Positions 1 to 14,297 of a stretch of DNA of 64,000 nucleotides are shown here, piece by piece. The stretch lies in the NCBI RefSeq assembly GCF_009914755.1, contig NC_060929.1; one strand, written 5' to 3'. This DNA comes from the human T2T-CHM13v2.0 reference genome, Homo sapiens. Below the pieces are notes generated by a model. The model was given only the letters and a program-made list of their open reading frames with translations. It made no database searches and was not told the origin of the DNA. Position 1 is the stretch's first letter; every line of letters starts with the position of its first letter. A program made the position numbers and the translations under genes.

Positions 1-406
1 TGCCTCTTCCAGTTCTGAGACAGCAAGACCAACCCTTCCTCTTCCTCCTCTTCCTCAGGGTACTCAGTTTGAAGACAAGGAAGATGAAGACCTTTATGAT
101 GATTCACTGCCACTTCATGAATAGTAAATACTCCCTTCTTTGTTTTTCTCAATAGCATTTCCTTTTCTCTAGCTTCCTTTATTGTAAGAATACAGCACAT
201 TATATATATATATAAACATATAAAATATATATATATATAAACATATAAAATACATGTTAATCAACTGTTTGTTACCAATAAGGCTTCTGATCAAAACTAG
301 GCTATTAGTAGTTAAGGTTTTGGAGAGTCAAAATTGATATGCAGATTTTCAAATGCATGGGAATTTGGCGCCTCCAACCTCTATGTTGTTCAAGGGTCAA
401 TTGTAT
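1..406 (+). mobile_element. Tigger2-family (Tigger2a/MER8-like) TcMar DNA transposon, right part
   Basis: GAGACAGCAAGACCAACCC..CCTTTATGATGAT..CACTT.ATGAATAGTAAATA body and terminal GTTGTTCAAGGGTCAATTG-TA; homologous copy at 47651. Confidence 0.8.
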
Positions 407-2269
407 TTATGCAGTGAAGATGGACTAGGCAGCCTTTTAGTTCTGCCTCCCTCACTCTTAAACTGCAATCCTACTAATAATGTTCAAATTGTTCAAACCT
501 CATCTTAGTGTCAATTTAGTGAAACAGTATATTTTCCATCCTTTTCTATAATTATGCCATAATAGTAGGTATATTATATATAGAAGGTTGCAATACTTGC
601 TTGAAAACATAAGGAAATTCTTTTCAGTTGACAAAGGCAGGAATTGAAAGAGAAAAATTAATTCCCTAGGTTTTAAAATTAGCAAACAAACAATAATTTA
701 TATATTTGAAGATTTTTAATTTTACTGTCTTAGATTTTAATATTACTACTAATCAAAGTCACCTTCCATTCTCTTCAGTTGCCAACTTAAGCAATTTGTA
801 ATAGTGGGCTTATGTCGCAATTAGACTTCTTTCTTTGCTCTTCTGTTTTACAATTGGATACCATATGTGAAGGAGCATATTCAATTTTGAAAAACCTGTT
901 TGTTTACAATTCAAGCCAAGTGCAATCTTCACTAATTGCTTTAAATTATTCTACAATAAGGAGGTTTTAAAATGTTGGTCCCAATATGTGGTTAATGTGA
1001 AAAGTTAAAATGAAAGTTTAATATAAGATCTATCTACGCTTTAATCCAGAAATAATTACCCCTTGATATTTACAAAGAACAATACAAAATTAACCCTAAA
1101 ACACAGTTTCAGGTTTGAAGAAAAGAATAATAAAAAAATAGTGTGTATTAGAAACAGTAAATCAAAGCTAATGAAGCAACATTAGCACTTTTATGTTGTA
1201 GGTTCTAATTAGAAAGTCTGTTAATGAAATTGGGGCATTTACTTAATTGCTGTGAACAATTATTTTCAAATTAAGCTTGGCAATTAAATAGCATGATTAA
1301 GCTTGGAATAGTGGATTTAGGTAGGGGTTTTGTAACTATTTTGTATGCTGTATTATGTATGGCAGTTTAAGCTCTGGATATGTGCTGATTAACAAATGTA
1401 AATGGCATGCAGTACTTCTTGGTCTTGGCTATTTTTGCGAAGATGTTTCCTATTGCCTTAAATACTTGCCTTGCACAGTAGCTTCTAACTACTGGAACCC
1501 AAACCAACAACCTGCCCCACTTAACTTAAATAGATATTTTTTTCCTTCCCATAAATGTCAAACTTCCTGAAATAAGCTTGTACATTTATAGGCTGCATTC
1601 GCATCCCTTTCATTTAGCACTTTAACTCTTGCTCCCAGTCTTCAGTGCTATCACAAATAGTACTAATTGTCACAACATAAATGTGTCAGATTGATTCATT
1701 ATTAGTAAATTATTTGATCCTTAATTATAACCTTTGGGAAAGTTGTTATTAGCATTTTTATTTCCCAAATAAAACTGAGGATCAGAAAGACTTTTTCTAA
1801 AACCTTTTCAAAGCAACCCAGTTGCTAAATGGCAGGATAGGAATTTGAACATAAATTCACTTATGGCAACCCCCGTGTATCTTCTACATAATGGAGTTTC
1901 TTCTCTTTATGTCCACAAATGCAGTTCATTGCTTGGTATTTGATACTGCTGACCACACTCTCACTGGGAAATTTCCTTGGCTTTCAAATTACCATTATAC
2001 CCCCTGTTTCTACCTTATTTCTTCCATGTCTCAATTCCATTTATTCTGCAAGACTTCTTCATTCTACCTCCTAAAGGTAGCCAATGTTCGCTTCTCAGAT
2101 TTTTTTATGTTCTATTGAATCTAAGGTTTTAGAAAACGTAATCAAGTATACAGGCAAACTTAACTTGTTATTTCCCTAAGCACCACTCACAGCCAACTAA
2201 TCACATCAAAATGATCCGTATTTATTTATTGATAACTTTTCATTGTAACTATTCCCTCTGCCCTTTTTA

Positions 2270-2576
2270 ACTTTTTCTTTTTAATTCTTTTAGAAACAGA
2301 GTCTTCTCTGTCACCCAGGCCAGAGTGCAGTGGCATGATAATGGCTCACTGAAATCTCAAACTCCTGGGCTCAAGTAATCCTCCCACCTCAGGCTCACAA
2401 AAAGCTAAGACTTCTGGCACATGCCACACGCCCTGATAGCTTTTCAAATATTTTTTTGTTGAGAAAGGGTCTCACTATGTTGCCCAGGCTGGTCAAAAAC
2501 TTCTGTCCTCAGGCAATCCTCCCACCTCAAACTCCCAAAATGCCGGGATGACAGGCACGAGTCACCATGTCTGGCC
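2270..2576 (-). mobile_element. Alu, old (AluJ-like)
   Basis: Diverged antisense Alu dimer with T-rich tail; CTCAAACTCCTGGGCTCAAG AluJ-type sequence. Confidence 0.9.
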
Positions 2577-2719
2577 AAAACCTCTACTCTTAACATACTG
2601 ATTTTCCCGACTGCTTTTGAATAGGATTTGCTAATCTTTCCGAACCATCTTATGACTTCTTCCTGTTCTTTGATAAATGAGAGTCGCTTCCCATTCTTTT
2701 ATGCCTAACTTCTAAATTT

Positions 2720-3413
2720 CTGTTGGTATGTTTAGGCTGCTTTGACAAAAATACCTCAGATTGAGTAATTTATAAACAAAAGAAATTTATTTTTCACAGT
2801 TCCAGAGGCCGGGAAGTCAATGCCCGCAGATCAGCGTCTAGTGAGGGCCTGCTTCCTGGTTCATAGACAGTGCCTTCTTGCTGTGTCTTCACATGGTGGA
2901 ATAGGCAAGGCAGTTCTCTTGGGCCTCTTTTAGAATGGTACTAATTCCATTCATGAGTGGATCCCTCATGTTCTAATCACTTCCTAAAGACCGATACGGT
3001 TAGGCTTTGTGTCTCCATTCAAATTTCATCTTGAATTATAATCTCCATAAGCCCCACATGTCAAGAGAGACACCAGGCAGAGGCAATTGAATCATGGGGA
3101 CGGTTTCCCCGGTGCTGTTCTCGTGATAGCGGTGAGTTATCATGAGGTCTGATGGTTTTATAAGGAGCTCTTACCCCTTCACTCAGCACGTCTCCTTCCT
3201 GCCATTTTGTGAAGAAGGTGCTTTGCTTCCCGTTTGTTTCCGCCATGATTGTATGTTTCCTGAGGCCTCCCCAGTCACGCCAAACTGTGAGTCAATTAAA
3301 CCTCTTTCTTTTATAAATTACCCAGTGTCGGACAGTTCTTTATAGCAGTATGAAAACGAACTAATACAGACTCAACACCTGATTTTTGGGGAGACACCAA
3401 CACTAAGGCCATA
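2720..3413 (-). mobile_element. MLT1A-like MaLR LTR interrupted by THE1
   Basis: AGAAATTTATTTTTCACAGTTCCAGAGGC.GGGAAGTC.. CTGTGTCTTCACATGGTGGA motifs; resumes after 3368 (TTTTGGGGAGACAC). Confidence 0.7.
2992..3368 (+). mobile_element. THE1 (THE1C/D-like) solo LTR
   Basis: GATACGGTTAGGCTTTGTGTC..CAAAT.TCATCTTGAATT start; TTTCCTGAGGCCTCCCCAG, AAATTACCCAG..ACTAATACA end. Confidence 0.9.
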
Positions 3414-4146
3414 GAAATTATGTTTCAGTATCTAATATTTTTTGTGTGAATATTGGTAACCAGAACAGTGTGTGTGACACAGAAGATTTTGAAAGAGATC
3501 AGTAAGGTTTGTCAAATAAAATTTTAAAATTATTTATGTGGCCTCTTTTTAATGAGAAAAATCCATAAAATAACTAAATACATGTAATTTATCTGTGAAT
3601 TAATTTATAAGAATAAACATTTATAATTTTCCACTTATTTATTTGAAATAATATAGTAAAACTTTGTAGCCCAGTTTATGAATGTTGAAGCAATAGTGGA
3701 TGTATATTGGGGTAATAGATGTCTGCTGCACTTTTATAAATTTTGCTAAAATCTAAATTAAAATTAAGTAAAGTTGAACATCATACCATCAATTAAAAAT
3801 CTGAAAGCAGGTAAATAGAATTTCGCTTTTTTTTTCCTTAATGGTATGTTGAATATTATTTGTCAATGTATCAAGTATAAATTGAATTTAGGAGTTGTTT
3901 TATTATTTTATAAAATTAAGCATGCTTTTATAATATTGATACGTTTTCCATTTTATATATGTACAATTCTGAGAATTATATATTTTTTTCATTGTATGGA
4001 TGAATATATTGAATATAGACAATAAGTTTATATGAAAAACAAAGAAAAAACATTAAACAAAGACAGTGATTTGTCATTCTGGCTATTGCTGGAAGCATTC
4101 TGATCATATATACTCTTTGTAATTAGCCAATTGTAATTATCTAAAT

Positions 4147-4420
4147 CAGAGATCAGAAATTATGGCCTGTGGACTAAATCTAGCCCATGTCTGGTTTTTA
4201 TAAATAATGTTTTTACATTTTATTTTATATTATTATACATATTTATTATTATTTTATAAATAATTTGTTTGGAACAGAGCCTTATTTTCATATACATTGT
4301 CTATGGCTGTTTTTTTCCTTATAATGATCAAGTTAAATAGTTGCAACAGAGACCAGATCATCAGCAAAGCATCACACACTTACTATCTGGCCCTTTTATA
4401 AATTATGTTTGTTTACTTAT
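4147..4420 (+). mobile_element. MER58-like hAT-Charlie element
   Basis: TATGGCCTGTGGACTAAATC..GGAACAGAGCC..TAGTTGCAACAGAGACC..TACTATCTGGCCCTTT. Confidence 0.7.
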
Positions 4421-4657
4421 AGGCTAGAAGAGTAGAACGAATGTAAGCTTTCATGCATGACAACAATTTTTTTTTCTTTTGTCAAGCTGTCAAAATGGTT
4501 AATTTACCTTCAAATGTGTATTTCTGTGCCAAATTTTATGGTCAATTAGGAAAATAATTGGAGAACACCCATTCTTTGACAACTTCCGATTTCTTGCCTA
4601 ACCTCTTTTTTTCAGCTGTAAGTTTCCTTCAGCAGATTACTTCCAGTAGATAGCCCA

Positions 4658-5346
4658 CTGTGATGTTTATCAAATTATTGACTCTCAACTGCACGTGTAT
4701 CCCTTACTTCCTCCTCTGAAAATGAAGCTGGGCCTTTTAAATGTCTGTACTTTGCTGGCTGGCAGGATTTAAAACTGACCAATAGAGGGCAGTAGAGGAA
4801 CTGTGAAGGAAGAATGGGCATTTCATTCTCAGGGTGCTCTTCTCAGTAGGTTCCTGCAGTGCACAGTTTCTCTGCAATTCAGCTCCTTCAGCAATGGGTT
4901 TTCCATTATCTGCTTCCTGCAGTGCAGGACAGACAACAGCTTAGCTCAGCAAAACCTCAGGCTGATTTCCTAAGCTCTGAGGTATGGCATCTCTCTGTGG
5001 ATGGCTTGCCCTAGAAACACAGCCAATTTTCAGCAAATTCTGCTAGGACAGCACCTGAGATTTCTGTATGTTTCAGTGAGCTAAGGCTAGGCCAATGCCA
5101 CTGAGATCTGGATTTCAAGTTTGGGGTGTTGCGTGTGAGGAGCTCTTCCATAGGTGCTCTCTACTTCTAGTTGTATGATTGAATGTTACTCCTCTGATCT
5201 CCTATCTGTATTCTTCAGAGTTCTCCTTCTTCTTAGCAAATCCCCTGTGAGCTTCAATCCTCTGCTTTAGTTAATAGTTGTTTATATTAAACATTTTCTC
5301 TTTAAAACACAATGTTGCTGTCTTCTGGTAGGACTCTGAAAAATAC
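4658..5346 (+). mobile_element. Old ERVL LTR (LTR33-like)
   Basis: TG start, CCAATAGAGGGCAG.AGAGG motif, ATTAAA signal and GGACTCTGA..AATACA end; family tentative. Confidence 0.5.
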
Positions 5347-6289
5347 ATGAGAAACACCTAAAACTTCTTCACAAGTTTAAAATTAAACTCGTAATCCAGC
5401 CCCCAGAATGTTGGAGCTTCTCTCGTATTATGTGTATTGTTAGTCATCCAAGAAGGAAGCTTTGAGTGAATTTAATTTCTGTTGCTGCCTCTTAATTAAG
5501 CCATGTTCCCGTATAATCTGTGGAGGTATGCATAAATGCATATGTGTGCACACACACACACTCATCTACTCAATCCTCATGTCCTTACAATTTTAGGATA
5601 ATTTCAGGATGGCCTTCAATTTCTTGATTATTTTCAAGTCCAATCCATGTGAGAGAAACTAAAAATTTTAATCATTTCTTTCAACGATTATTGCCTTTGA
5701 TCACCTCCACCACCATCACCATCATTTGAATGACCAATAGCATGACTCTTTATTCTGTCATCAAATTATTTTAGCAAAACCTAATCCAATTGGCATTAAA
5801 GTATCCTGCCTACACCAGAAATGCAACGTGGCTTCTGGTGATAATTGAGAACATCTCACAATTAAGCAGTTTGATTTAAAAGTAAATTCTTGCTTATGCA
5901 ACCTCACCTGAACCCTCAAGGATGCAATTCTAATCTCATATTCACCGCCAAGAATTTTGAAAATGCTCTCCACACTCTTCACATCTCCAACCTATTCTCC
6001 TTTGTCTTCGCCTCCTACCACACACATAAAACATAAGATAGTTGGGGAGATAATCAATGAAGTATCAATGTGTCACTATCATCTCCATAATATTATCAGC
6101 CCCATATAGTTTTTCTTATATCTCTATCCTATTTTTTTATGTTATTAAAATTGTTATTAAAATATCTCAGCCAATTTCTTATTTTTACAATAACATACAT
6201 TTCCCTTTTCTGTCACTTTAATGTCTCCCTCTCTATCCACCTCTTCCTATTAGAATTTACATATTCTTGTCTATTCCATTATTTAAAAA

Positions 6290-6650
6290 ATGGAAGTCAT
6301 TCTCATAGAAATAGCAAATAGAACAGTGGTTAGCAGAGACTGGGAAAGGTAGGGGAAATAAGGGGATGTTGAAAGATTGGTCAACAGCGACAAAACTATG
6401 GTTAGATAGAAGAAATAAGTTCTGGTGTTCCATTGCATAGTAGGATGACTAGAGGTAACAATAATGTATATTTCAAAATAGCTAGAAGAGAGGTTTTAAA
6501 ATTTCCTTATTGTTGATAAATATTTAAATGAATGAATATGCTAATTACCCTGATTTGATCTCTATATTATTTATTCATGTATCAAAACATCACCTATACC
6601 TCATAAATATGTACAATTATGTGTCATTTATAAACTTCAAAAACATTAAA
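6290..6650 (+). mobile_element. L1MA-type 3' UTR fragment
   Basis: AGATAGAAGAAATAAGTTCTGGTGTTC, TTTCAAAATAGCTAGAAGAGAGG, CTAATTACCCTGATTTGATC, CATAAATATGTACAATTAT. Confidence 0.85.
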
Positions 6651-6736
6651 AAATGAATAAAATGGGGGAAAATAAAACAACTATAGTAACCACAAAAATA
6701 GTCATTCTTGTCATCTCTTTCATTCTCATTCAATAA

Positions 6737-7133
<397 letters not shown>

Positions 7134-7152
7134 GCAGCCCATTCTTTATTCT

Positions 7153-7419
7153 TTCTTTTTTTTTTTTTGAGACGGAGTCTCGCGTGCATTGGCGCAATCT
7201 CGGCTCACTGCAAGCTCTGCCTCCGGGGTTCACGCCATTCTCCTGCCTCAGCCTTCGGAGTAGCTGGGACTACAGGCACCCGCCACCGCGCCTGGCTAAT
7301 TTTTTGTATTTTTAGTAGAGACGGGGTTTCACCGTGGTCTCGATCTCCTGACCTCGTGATCGGTCCGCCTCGGCCTCCCAAAGTGCTGGGATTACAGGCG
7401 TGAGCCACCGCGCCCGGCC
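7153..7419 (-). mobile_element. AluY-lineage element with internal deletions
   Basis: GCAAGCTC, CACGCCATTCTCC, GGGACTACAGG AluY diagnostics, many CpGs retained; TSD CCCATTCTTTATTCT. Confidence 0.95.
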
Positions 7420-8095
7420 CCCCATTCTTTATTCTAATTTTTGACTATGCTTAATTCTCTCAATTCCCATAACAACATGAAAGTCCGTCTTCCATCACAT
7501 CTTATCTAAACTTTTGTAATTGCTTCTTCTATCCATTCTTAGCTACCAGATTCATTTTTGAATATACATTTAGATTATCTGAATGAAAATGCTAATAAGA
7601 TCATATCGGTTTCAACTTAATAGCCTTATGTCATCTCATGATGTTCACAAGGAAAAAACAATTCTGAAAAATTTCAGTTGAAAGCTTTAAAATATTTTAC
7701 CTTTCAAATAAATCTCATGCAACTTTCTCTGTGTCTCTGTCTCTTTCCCTCTATGTGTGTGTGTGTGTCTGTCTCTCTCATTCTCTACTGGCCTGTTTCA
7801 TTGGATTGCATTCAATTCTGCACATTCCAGTGTCTGTGAATCTCTCATTTTCCCCCACAATCAGGAACTTGCAAAGGTGTTTCAGTGGGTCCAAGTTTCT
7901 AATGGTGATAATTAAAACTATTTTAATTTCTAGTTTTAATAATTAAATACTGTACATACTTCCACTTAAAAATACAACGGTATGACATCTGTAATTTTTA
8001 AGTGGGCTCATTTAAGGGGTTACTGACTTGAAATGAACTTGCTAATGACTCAGCCAACAATGTATCTGAATTGTTTCATTACCTGTGTCAGTTTT

Positions 8096-8418
8096 ATTTT
8101 TATTTTATTTTTAGTTTTTTATTTTTTTATTTTTGAGACAGAGTCTCTCTCTGTTGCCCAGGCTGGAGTACAGTGGCGTGATCTTGGCTCACTACAAGCT
8201 CCGCCTCCCGGGTTCATGCTATTCTCCTGCCTCAGCCTCCCTCCCGAGTAGCTGGGACTACAGACACCGGTGACCACACCCGGCTAATTTTTTATATTTT
8301 TAGTAGAGACGGGGTTTCACCGTGTTAGCCAGGATGGTCTCGATCTCCTGACCTTGTGATCTGCCTGCCTCGGCCTCCCAAAGTGCTGGGATTACAAGCG
8401 TGAGCCACCGCGCCCTGT
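8096..8418 (-). mobile_element. AluY
   Basis: CACCGTGTTAGCCAGGATGGTCTCGATCTCC; TSD CCTGTGTCAGTTTT at 8082 and 8419. Confidence 0.95.
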
Positions 8419-9272
8419 CCTGTGTCAGTTTTTACCATATTGGTTAGCTTTATTGCTTTCATTTTAATTTGTTTAATTTATTTCCAGAATAAATACTAGA
8501 TTGAAGATAGAAAGCATAAGCATTGTTGACGCTGAATTACAAGTTAATAATAATTCTGCAAATAAACAACAAGGTGACTTTCATTGTACTACATATTGTA
8601 TTTATATTATTAAAATCATTTACAACACGTCAACATATCGTCTTTGTCAACTTTGAAACCAGTTCCAGTGCTAATAAAAGAGAAAATGTAAGACTGGTTA
8701 CATTTGAAATTGCCTTTTTATATTTCTTGAGAATAAAATATATGCAACCGTAACGTGTTAATGTGCTATTATTTTTTTTGCTTTTAAGTAGAAATCTAAC
8801 ACCCTCTCTACTATCTCATTAGTTAGAAGCAAAACATAAACATTATTAAAACACTCATTTATTTTAGAAAAAAATTCAAGAAACCTAAACAATAGCTTAT
8901 GAAAGCAATATATTTATATTACATGGTGTAAGATATAATTCTATTTCAACCTATATTCGGTATACACTCAGTCCTCCAGATCCCCAAATTCATCTATATA
9001 CAATACATTGTTTATTACTGTATTATTCCTACATTTTTCTGAGATAATTAAAGTCAACAATATACTTTTTTAAAATGGCTCAAATGCTCAAAATTGCCTC
9101 TCCAAAATACATATAAATAGATTGTGTTCATATTGCTGTAAAATATTTTCTTAAAACCTTTAATTTTTTAAATTTCCCTATAATTTGTAATATAGCACAT
9201 AAAAATGAAAAAAATTCTTAAATTCCTAAGAGGATTTATATAATCATATGGTATTGTTAAGTCCCCCAACCC

Positions 9273-9562
9273 TGCCAGGCACGGTGACTCACGCATGTAA
9301 TCCCAGCACTTTGGGAGGCCGAGGCGGGCAGATCATGAGGTCAGGAGATTGAGGCCATCCTGGCTAACACAGTGAAACCCCGTCTCTACTAAAAATAAAA
9401 AAAAATTAGCCAGGCGTGGTAGTGGGCGCCTGTAGTCCCAGCTATTTGGGAGAGAGGCTGAGGCAGTAGAATTGCTTGAACTTGGGAGGCGGAAGTTGCA
9501 GTGAAAGTACAGAGATTGCACCACTGTACTCCAGCCTGGGCGACAGAGCGAGACTACCTCTC

Positions 9563-9592
<30 letters not shown>
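9273..9592 (+). mobile_element. Alu (AluSc/Y-like)
   Basis: Sense dimer with long A tail; degenerate TSD AAGTC.CC.ACCC. Confidence 0.95.
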
Positions 9593-9593
<1 letters not shown>

Positions 9594-12059
9594 AGTCTCC
9601 CACCCAAAATAAGAAATACTGAATTGCTCCAAGGAACCATATTCTGTTTTTTCATCTTTCATGTCTTAGAGCTTTCAGTGATGATGTTCGCTCAGCCTTG
9701 AACACTCTCCGCTTCCTCCTTTCAGACTTCACCCACGTGATATCTAGTTATTTAATCTAACTGTGAATATCGTCACTTCGTTCAAGCTTTTCCCATTTCA
9801 CCCTCCTGTCTGGGTTAAGCCAGGATGTATTTGCCCCTACAGCATTTTGAACATCTCTTTTAAAATACACATGAAATTATTAGTTATTCATCTTGTTTTC
9901 TGAAAGAACATAGACACCGAAAGTTGAAAGAATTTGCCTGCTTTTTTCCTACTATGTTTACACATCACGCAGCCGAAGTTATCATGTGAATGAATAAATG
10001 GGCTCCTAATTTGTCTTCCTGACTTTCAGTTTGTCCCCCTCAATTTTTTTCTTTAGTGACCATTAAAGCCATCTACCAAAAATGCTAATCACACAGTTGG
10101 TGGCTGCAGCTCACCTAGAGCTCAAGTTCCCCTTTTATTTGCTTACAAATCATTAGAGATTTAATTACAGGAGCAGATTCTTAATTCATACTCCCAAAAG
10201 TTCTAACTCTATGGGTGAGCATGGGGTCTAATTCTGACGCCATTTTGAGAAACGCTGATTTACAGAATAGAAGCTCAGTGCTTCTGTATGCTATTTAATG
10301 CCCACTGCTTTCACCTGTCGCTCCATTTGCTTTTCATGTGCCTTTCTACACAACTCTTCGTAGTTCTCCATAAATACCATGCGTCCTCAGGGTTCACTGT
10401 TCATGCTTTTCCCCTCTCTAAAACAATTTACTTCAGACCTGAGAACAAATATAAGCAAAGTGTGCCACATTTCCAAACGTATTTCCACATTTAGAAAGAT
10501 TCCGCATACAAGAAAAGCCAAGACTGAATGCTTTGCAAACACTGTATTTTCACAAGAGTATTGTATCTGCCTGTGATATCAGACCACATTAGCACTTGTT
10601 CAAGTAGTATATTTATACTCATAATCTGAGTTTTAGAATAGATTCCACTCTCCAGAATGAAGCTCCTGACATGCCGAGCTATTTTGGTACACCTCTGTAC
10701 ATACTCCATTGTGTAGGCAATATTTGCTTATATGTGGCTCTCCCAAGTGAAGTACATGTCCCTCTCACTCAGAAACTGTGCTTTATTCATCCATACATTC
10801 CTAACATCAACCACAGTACTCAACTTGTCCTGAGATTCTAATAAATTACAGTTAAACTAAATTATCTGCTACTGTTTATTATTTTCTCTTTAATAGGACT
10901 GAAATAAGCAATGTCCATAGAGTATCTAATTAATTTCTTCCAACCATCCAGATATTCTCATGTAACAGATGGAGAAATTAAGGTTCAGAGATATTTAAAT
11001 TACCTCAGATTATTAGTTTCAGAATTTGAGTTCCAATCCAGGACTGTCTGGCCATAAAGTCTAAATGTAAGTGATAATAGAAAATTACTAATCCTGTACC
11101 TAATGTACCACTTAATCAATATGTCCTGTGTTGCATGGCCACTTAAAAGAGTTTGTATTTCTATCAAATAATCTAATTTCTATCAGAGATGTTCCTACTT
11201 TATGTTGAAGTGTTACATACTGTTAGTATGATGATTTACTTTATTGTCACCCTTTGTCCTGAGTATGAAACCTAAGGACTTCCTTATGTCATACTTTCTA
11301 CAGGTATTTGGGATACTATAGGTTTTCATAATAAAATAAAAGGCATCATAGCCATTATTATTTTGCATATCAGAAGAATCACACATATGTGTAGTAGATA
11401 TGATTAGAATACAGATTAACTTTTTGGAGTTGAAATTAATATTCAAAACAAAATAAATAAGGTCCAATATAGGCCTAAAGCACTTAACAATGTTTCTTAT
11501 GGTGTTGAATGTTATACGCAAATAGGCTTCTACATTTGATGTGTTTAAGAAACTGCATTAAATGACATTATTCTATATGCATAAATATTAGGATAATTAT
11601 GACTTCACATTTATATATTCTCTGATGTATATGTTTAACTTGCAGTACTTTTCAAATCATTACAAGAAATCAGGTAACATTTTGAAATGTCCAGTAGAGA
11701 CCTCTTTGTCATAAAAGTATCATGGTGTTTTATGTGAACAAGGAGTTTTATAATTGGTAAAAATTAGGTTTAAAACCAAGCTTCCAGCCTTTATTATTTG
11801 AGAATGCTTGGCTATCCAATCCATATTCTCTGAGTCTAAGTTTCTCCATTTTAAAAATTAAGATAAGAGATAATAAGAAAACCTAATATTAATCATTATC
11901 CATTGAGAAATTGTCATGTATCCAACTGAGTACTAAGGACTTTATTTGTTCTTGGGTCTGTTTTAAAGCTATGTGGTCCTGCTTGTAGCCCTAGCTTTGA
12001 TGCTAAGAGCAGGGACTCTCGATTCAGAATTCCTAAGATTAATATTTTCCATGTCTTCT

Positions 12060-12250
12060 GGTACGAAGTGCTCTTAGCTGTGAACTTGGGCACTTTACAT
12101 TCCATATCTTAGTATTTTCATCTTCAAAATGGGAGATAAAATAATAGCATCTACCTCATGGTAATGTGGTGAAGATAAAATGAGCTAATATAAACATATA
12201 TGTAAATCAGTGCCAACAGGCCCCCCAAATAGTAAACGTCAGCAGTTTTT
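12060..12250 (+). mobile_element. MIR SINE fragment
   Basis: TAGCTGTGAACTTGGGCA..TTTTCATCT..AAAATGGG.GATAA..ATCTACCTCATGG MIR core; other weaker MIR pieces near 1700-1860, 10960-11060, 11760-11870, 17340-17480, 20170-20350. Confidence 0.7.
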
Positions 12251-12254
12251 ATGA

Positions 12255-12621
<367 letters not shown>

Positions 12622-12644
12622 AGAAGTGACTTTAAGGAAGCAAA

Positions 12645-13095
12645 TACTGCAGACAATTCTCCATGAATCTTGCCTTTCTCCCTATTCTACAAGCAAAGTC
12701 TCTGGCTGGCTTTATTCTTAGCTGCCTTTTAAGGATTTTGTATAGCAAATAGTCTTATAATAGAGATAGTCTCTCCCTCTGGGACAAAAATTCAAGTTTA
12801 CTGTTTAATAAAGGTCATGTTTTCCTCCAGGTTAGGTAGGATCATGGATCACCATAAAAATTTTGGATTTCCTGTGCTTGGAGTTCCTCCCCTGGAATGC
12901 AACTCGCAGCTTTGGAGCTTAGGGAATTGGCACCCATGTTAACTTTCTGGCTACTGCTATTTCTGTGTGTAATTAACTGTCCTTTGTCTCTGATCCAGGA
13001 GTCTCATGCTTTCTGCCAGCATCCATGGAGCTATAATAGGCTAACTTGTTAACTTTCAAGCAGATAAAGTCTCAGATCCTTCACAGTTCTTGACA
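12645..13095 (+). mobile_element. 5' LTR of ancient ERV1-like provirus (MER89/MER90-like, tentative)
   Basis: Aligns with 16084-16587 (CTGGCTACTGCTATT, TGTCCTTTGTCT, TAACTTGTTA, TCTCAG..TTCTTGACA end). Confidence 0.7.
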
Positions 13096-13903
13096 GTTTT
13101 GACAATGTAATTGATAGAAACATACATTTCTGGAAGAGGAACAATAAAGGTGTTGGGGCCAATTAACAGGATTTGAGAAAAGTCCAAGAGAATATATGTC
13201 AACTAAATTGTACAGTTAATTGCTGCACAATAGATGGTCTTTCATTCATGCCTGTTCAGGAGGAAGAATCAAGGAGGTGATTGCAGGCTGTAACCAAGAA
13301 GTGGGTTTCAAAGGCAGCTGTTGGAATGGGCCCTGGTTATTGTTAATGCTCCTCTGGATGTAGAAATGTCCTAGTCAATGTTGTGGTCAGCCTCAGGTAC
13401 AAAGCACTACAAACATTATCACTAAGGTGTTTTTTGTTTTTTTGTTTTTTTTTTTGTTTTTCCCCTGACAGGCATTATTTTATTTTCTCTTTCAGTCAAC
13501 ACTTGAGTATGTAAAGAGAGAAATGTGTGACTTCTATGGTCATAAATCAGAATAATTCATTACACATATGGTTGTTTCAATTAGGAGATGAGAGGTAGGA
13601 TGTATTATTTTTGTTAAGAAAAAAGTAGCAATAGCTGGGTTGTCTGAAGGCTTAGCTCTTTCTGCAGTATATCATGACAACCTCCGATATAGTTAAACAT
13701 TGCAGTAAAGAGTCTTGGAGATTTTTGCGGCAGACCCTGATTATTATAGGGGAGATTTGGTCTTTTGGGGGTGATTTCTCTGAGAAAAAGCACTCTTGTG
13801 GGAAATCATAGAAGAGAAATTGATATGCATTTAGGCCTTCACTGTCCCTGACTAGGTTTACAATGCTAATGCAGGTGAAACACCGGAAAATGAGAATCTA
13901 AAC

Positions 13904-14297
13904 TGTCTTAGTCTGCTCAGGCTACCATAACAAAATGCTGCAGACTGAGAGGCTTAAACACAGAAATTTATTTTTTCACAGTTCTGGAGACTAGACATTC
14001 CATATCTACCAACCAACTTCCTGGTGAGGACTCTCTTCCTGACTTGTAGACAGCCACCTTCTCACTGTATCTTCACATGACCCTTCCTTGGTGCATAGGA
14101 GCAGAGAGAGAGAGACAACACACTTTCTGGGGTCTCTTCTTTTAAAAACACTAATTCTGTGGAATCAGAGCCCTACCCTTATGAGTTCATTTGTACTTAA
14201 TTACTTCCTTAGGTGCTCCATCTCCAAATATAGCAGTGCTATGGGTTAGGCCTTCAACATATGAATTTTGGAGAGACACAAACTTTCATTACATTAC
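13904..14297 (-). mobile_element. MLT1A-like LTR inserted in ERV internal region
   Basis: TGTCTTAGTCTGCTCAGGCT.CCATAACAAAAT..CACAGAAATTTATTTT..CACAGTTCTGGAG; TTCAACATATGAATTTTGG. Confidence 0.85.

Noticed and set aside
11213-11521. 102-aa minus-strand ORF in unique sequence
   Set aside because: No recognisable domain, AT-driven composition, no supported splice structure.
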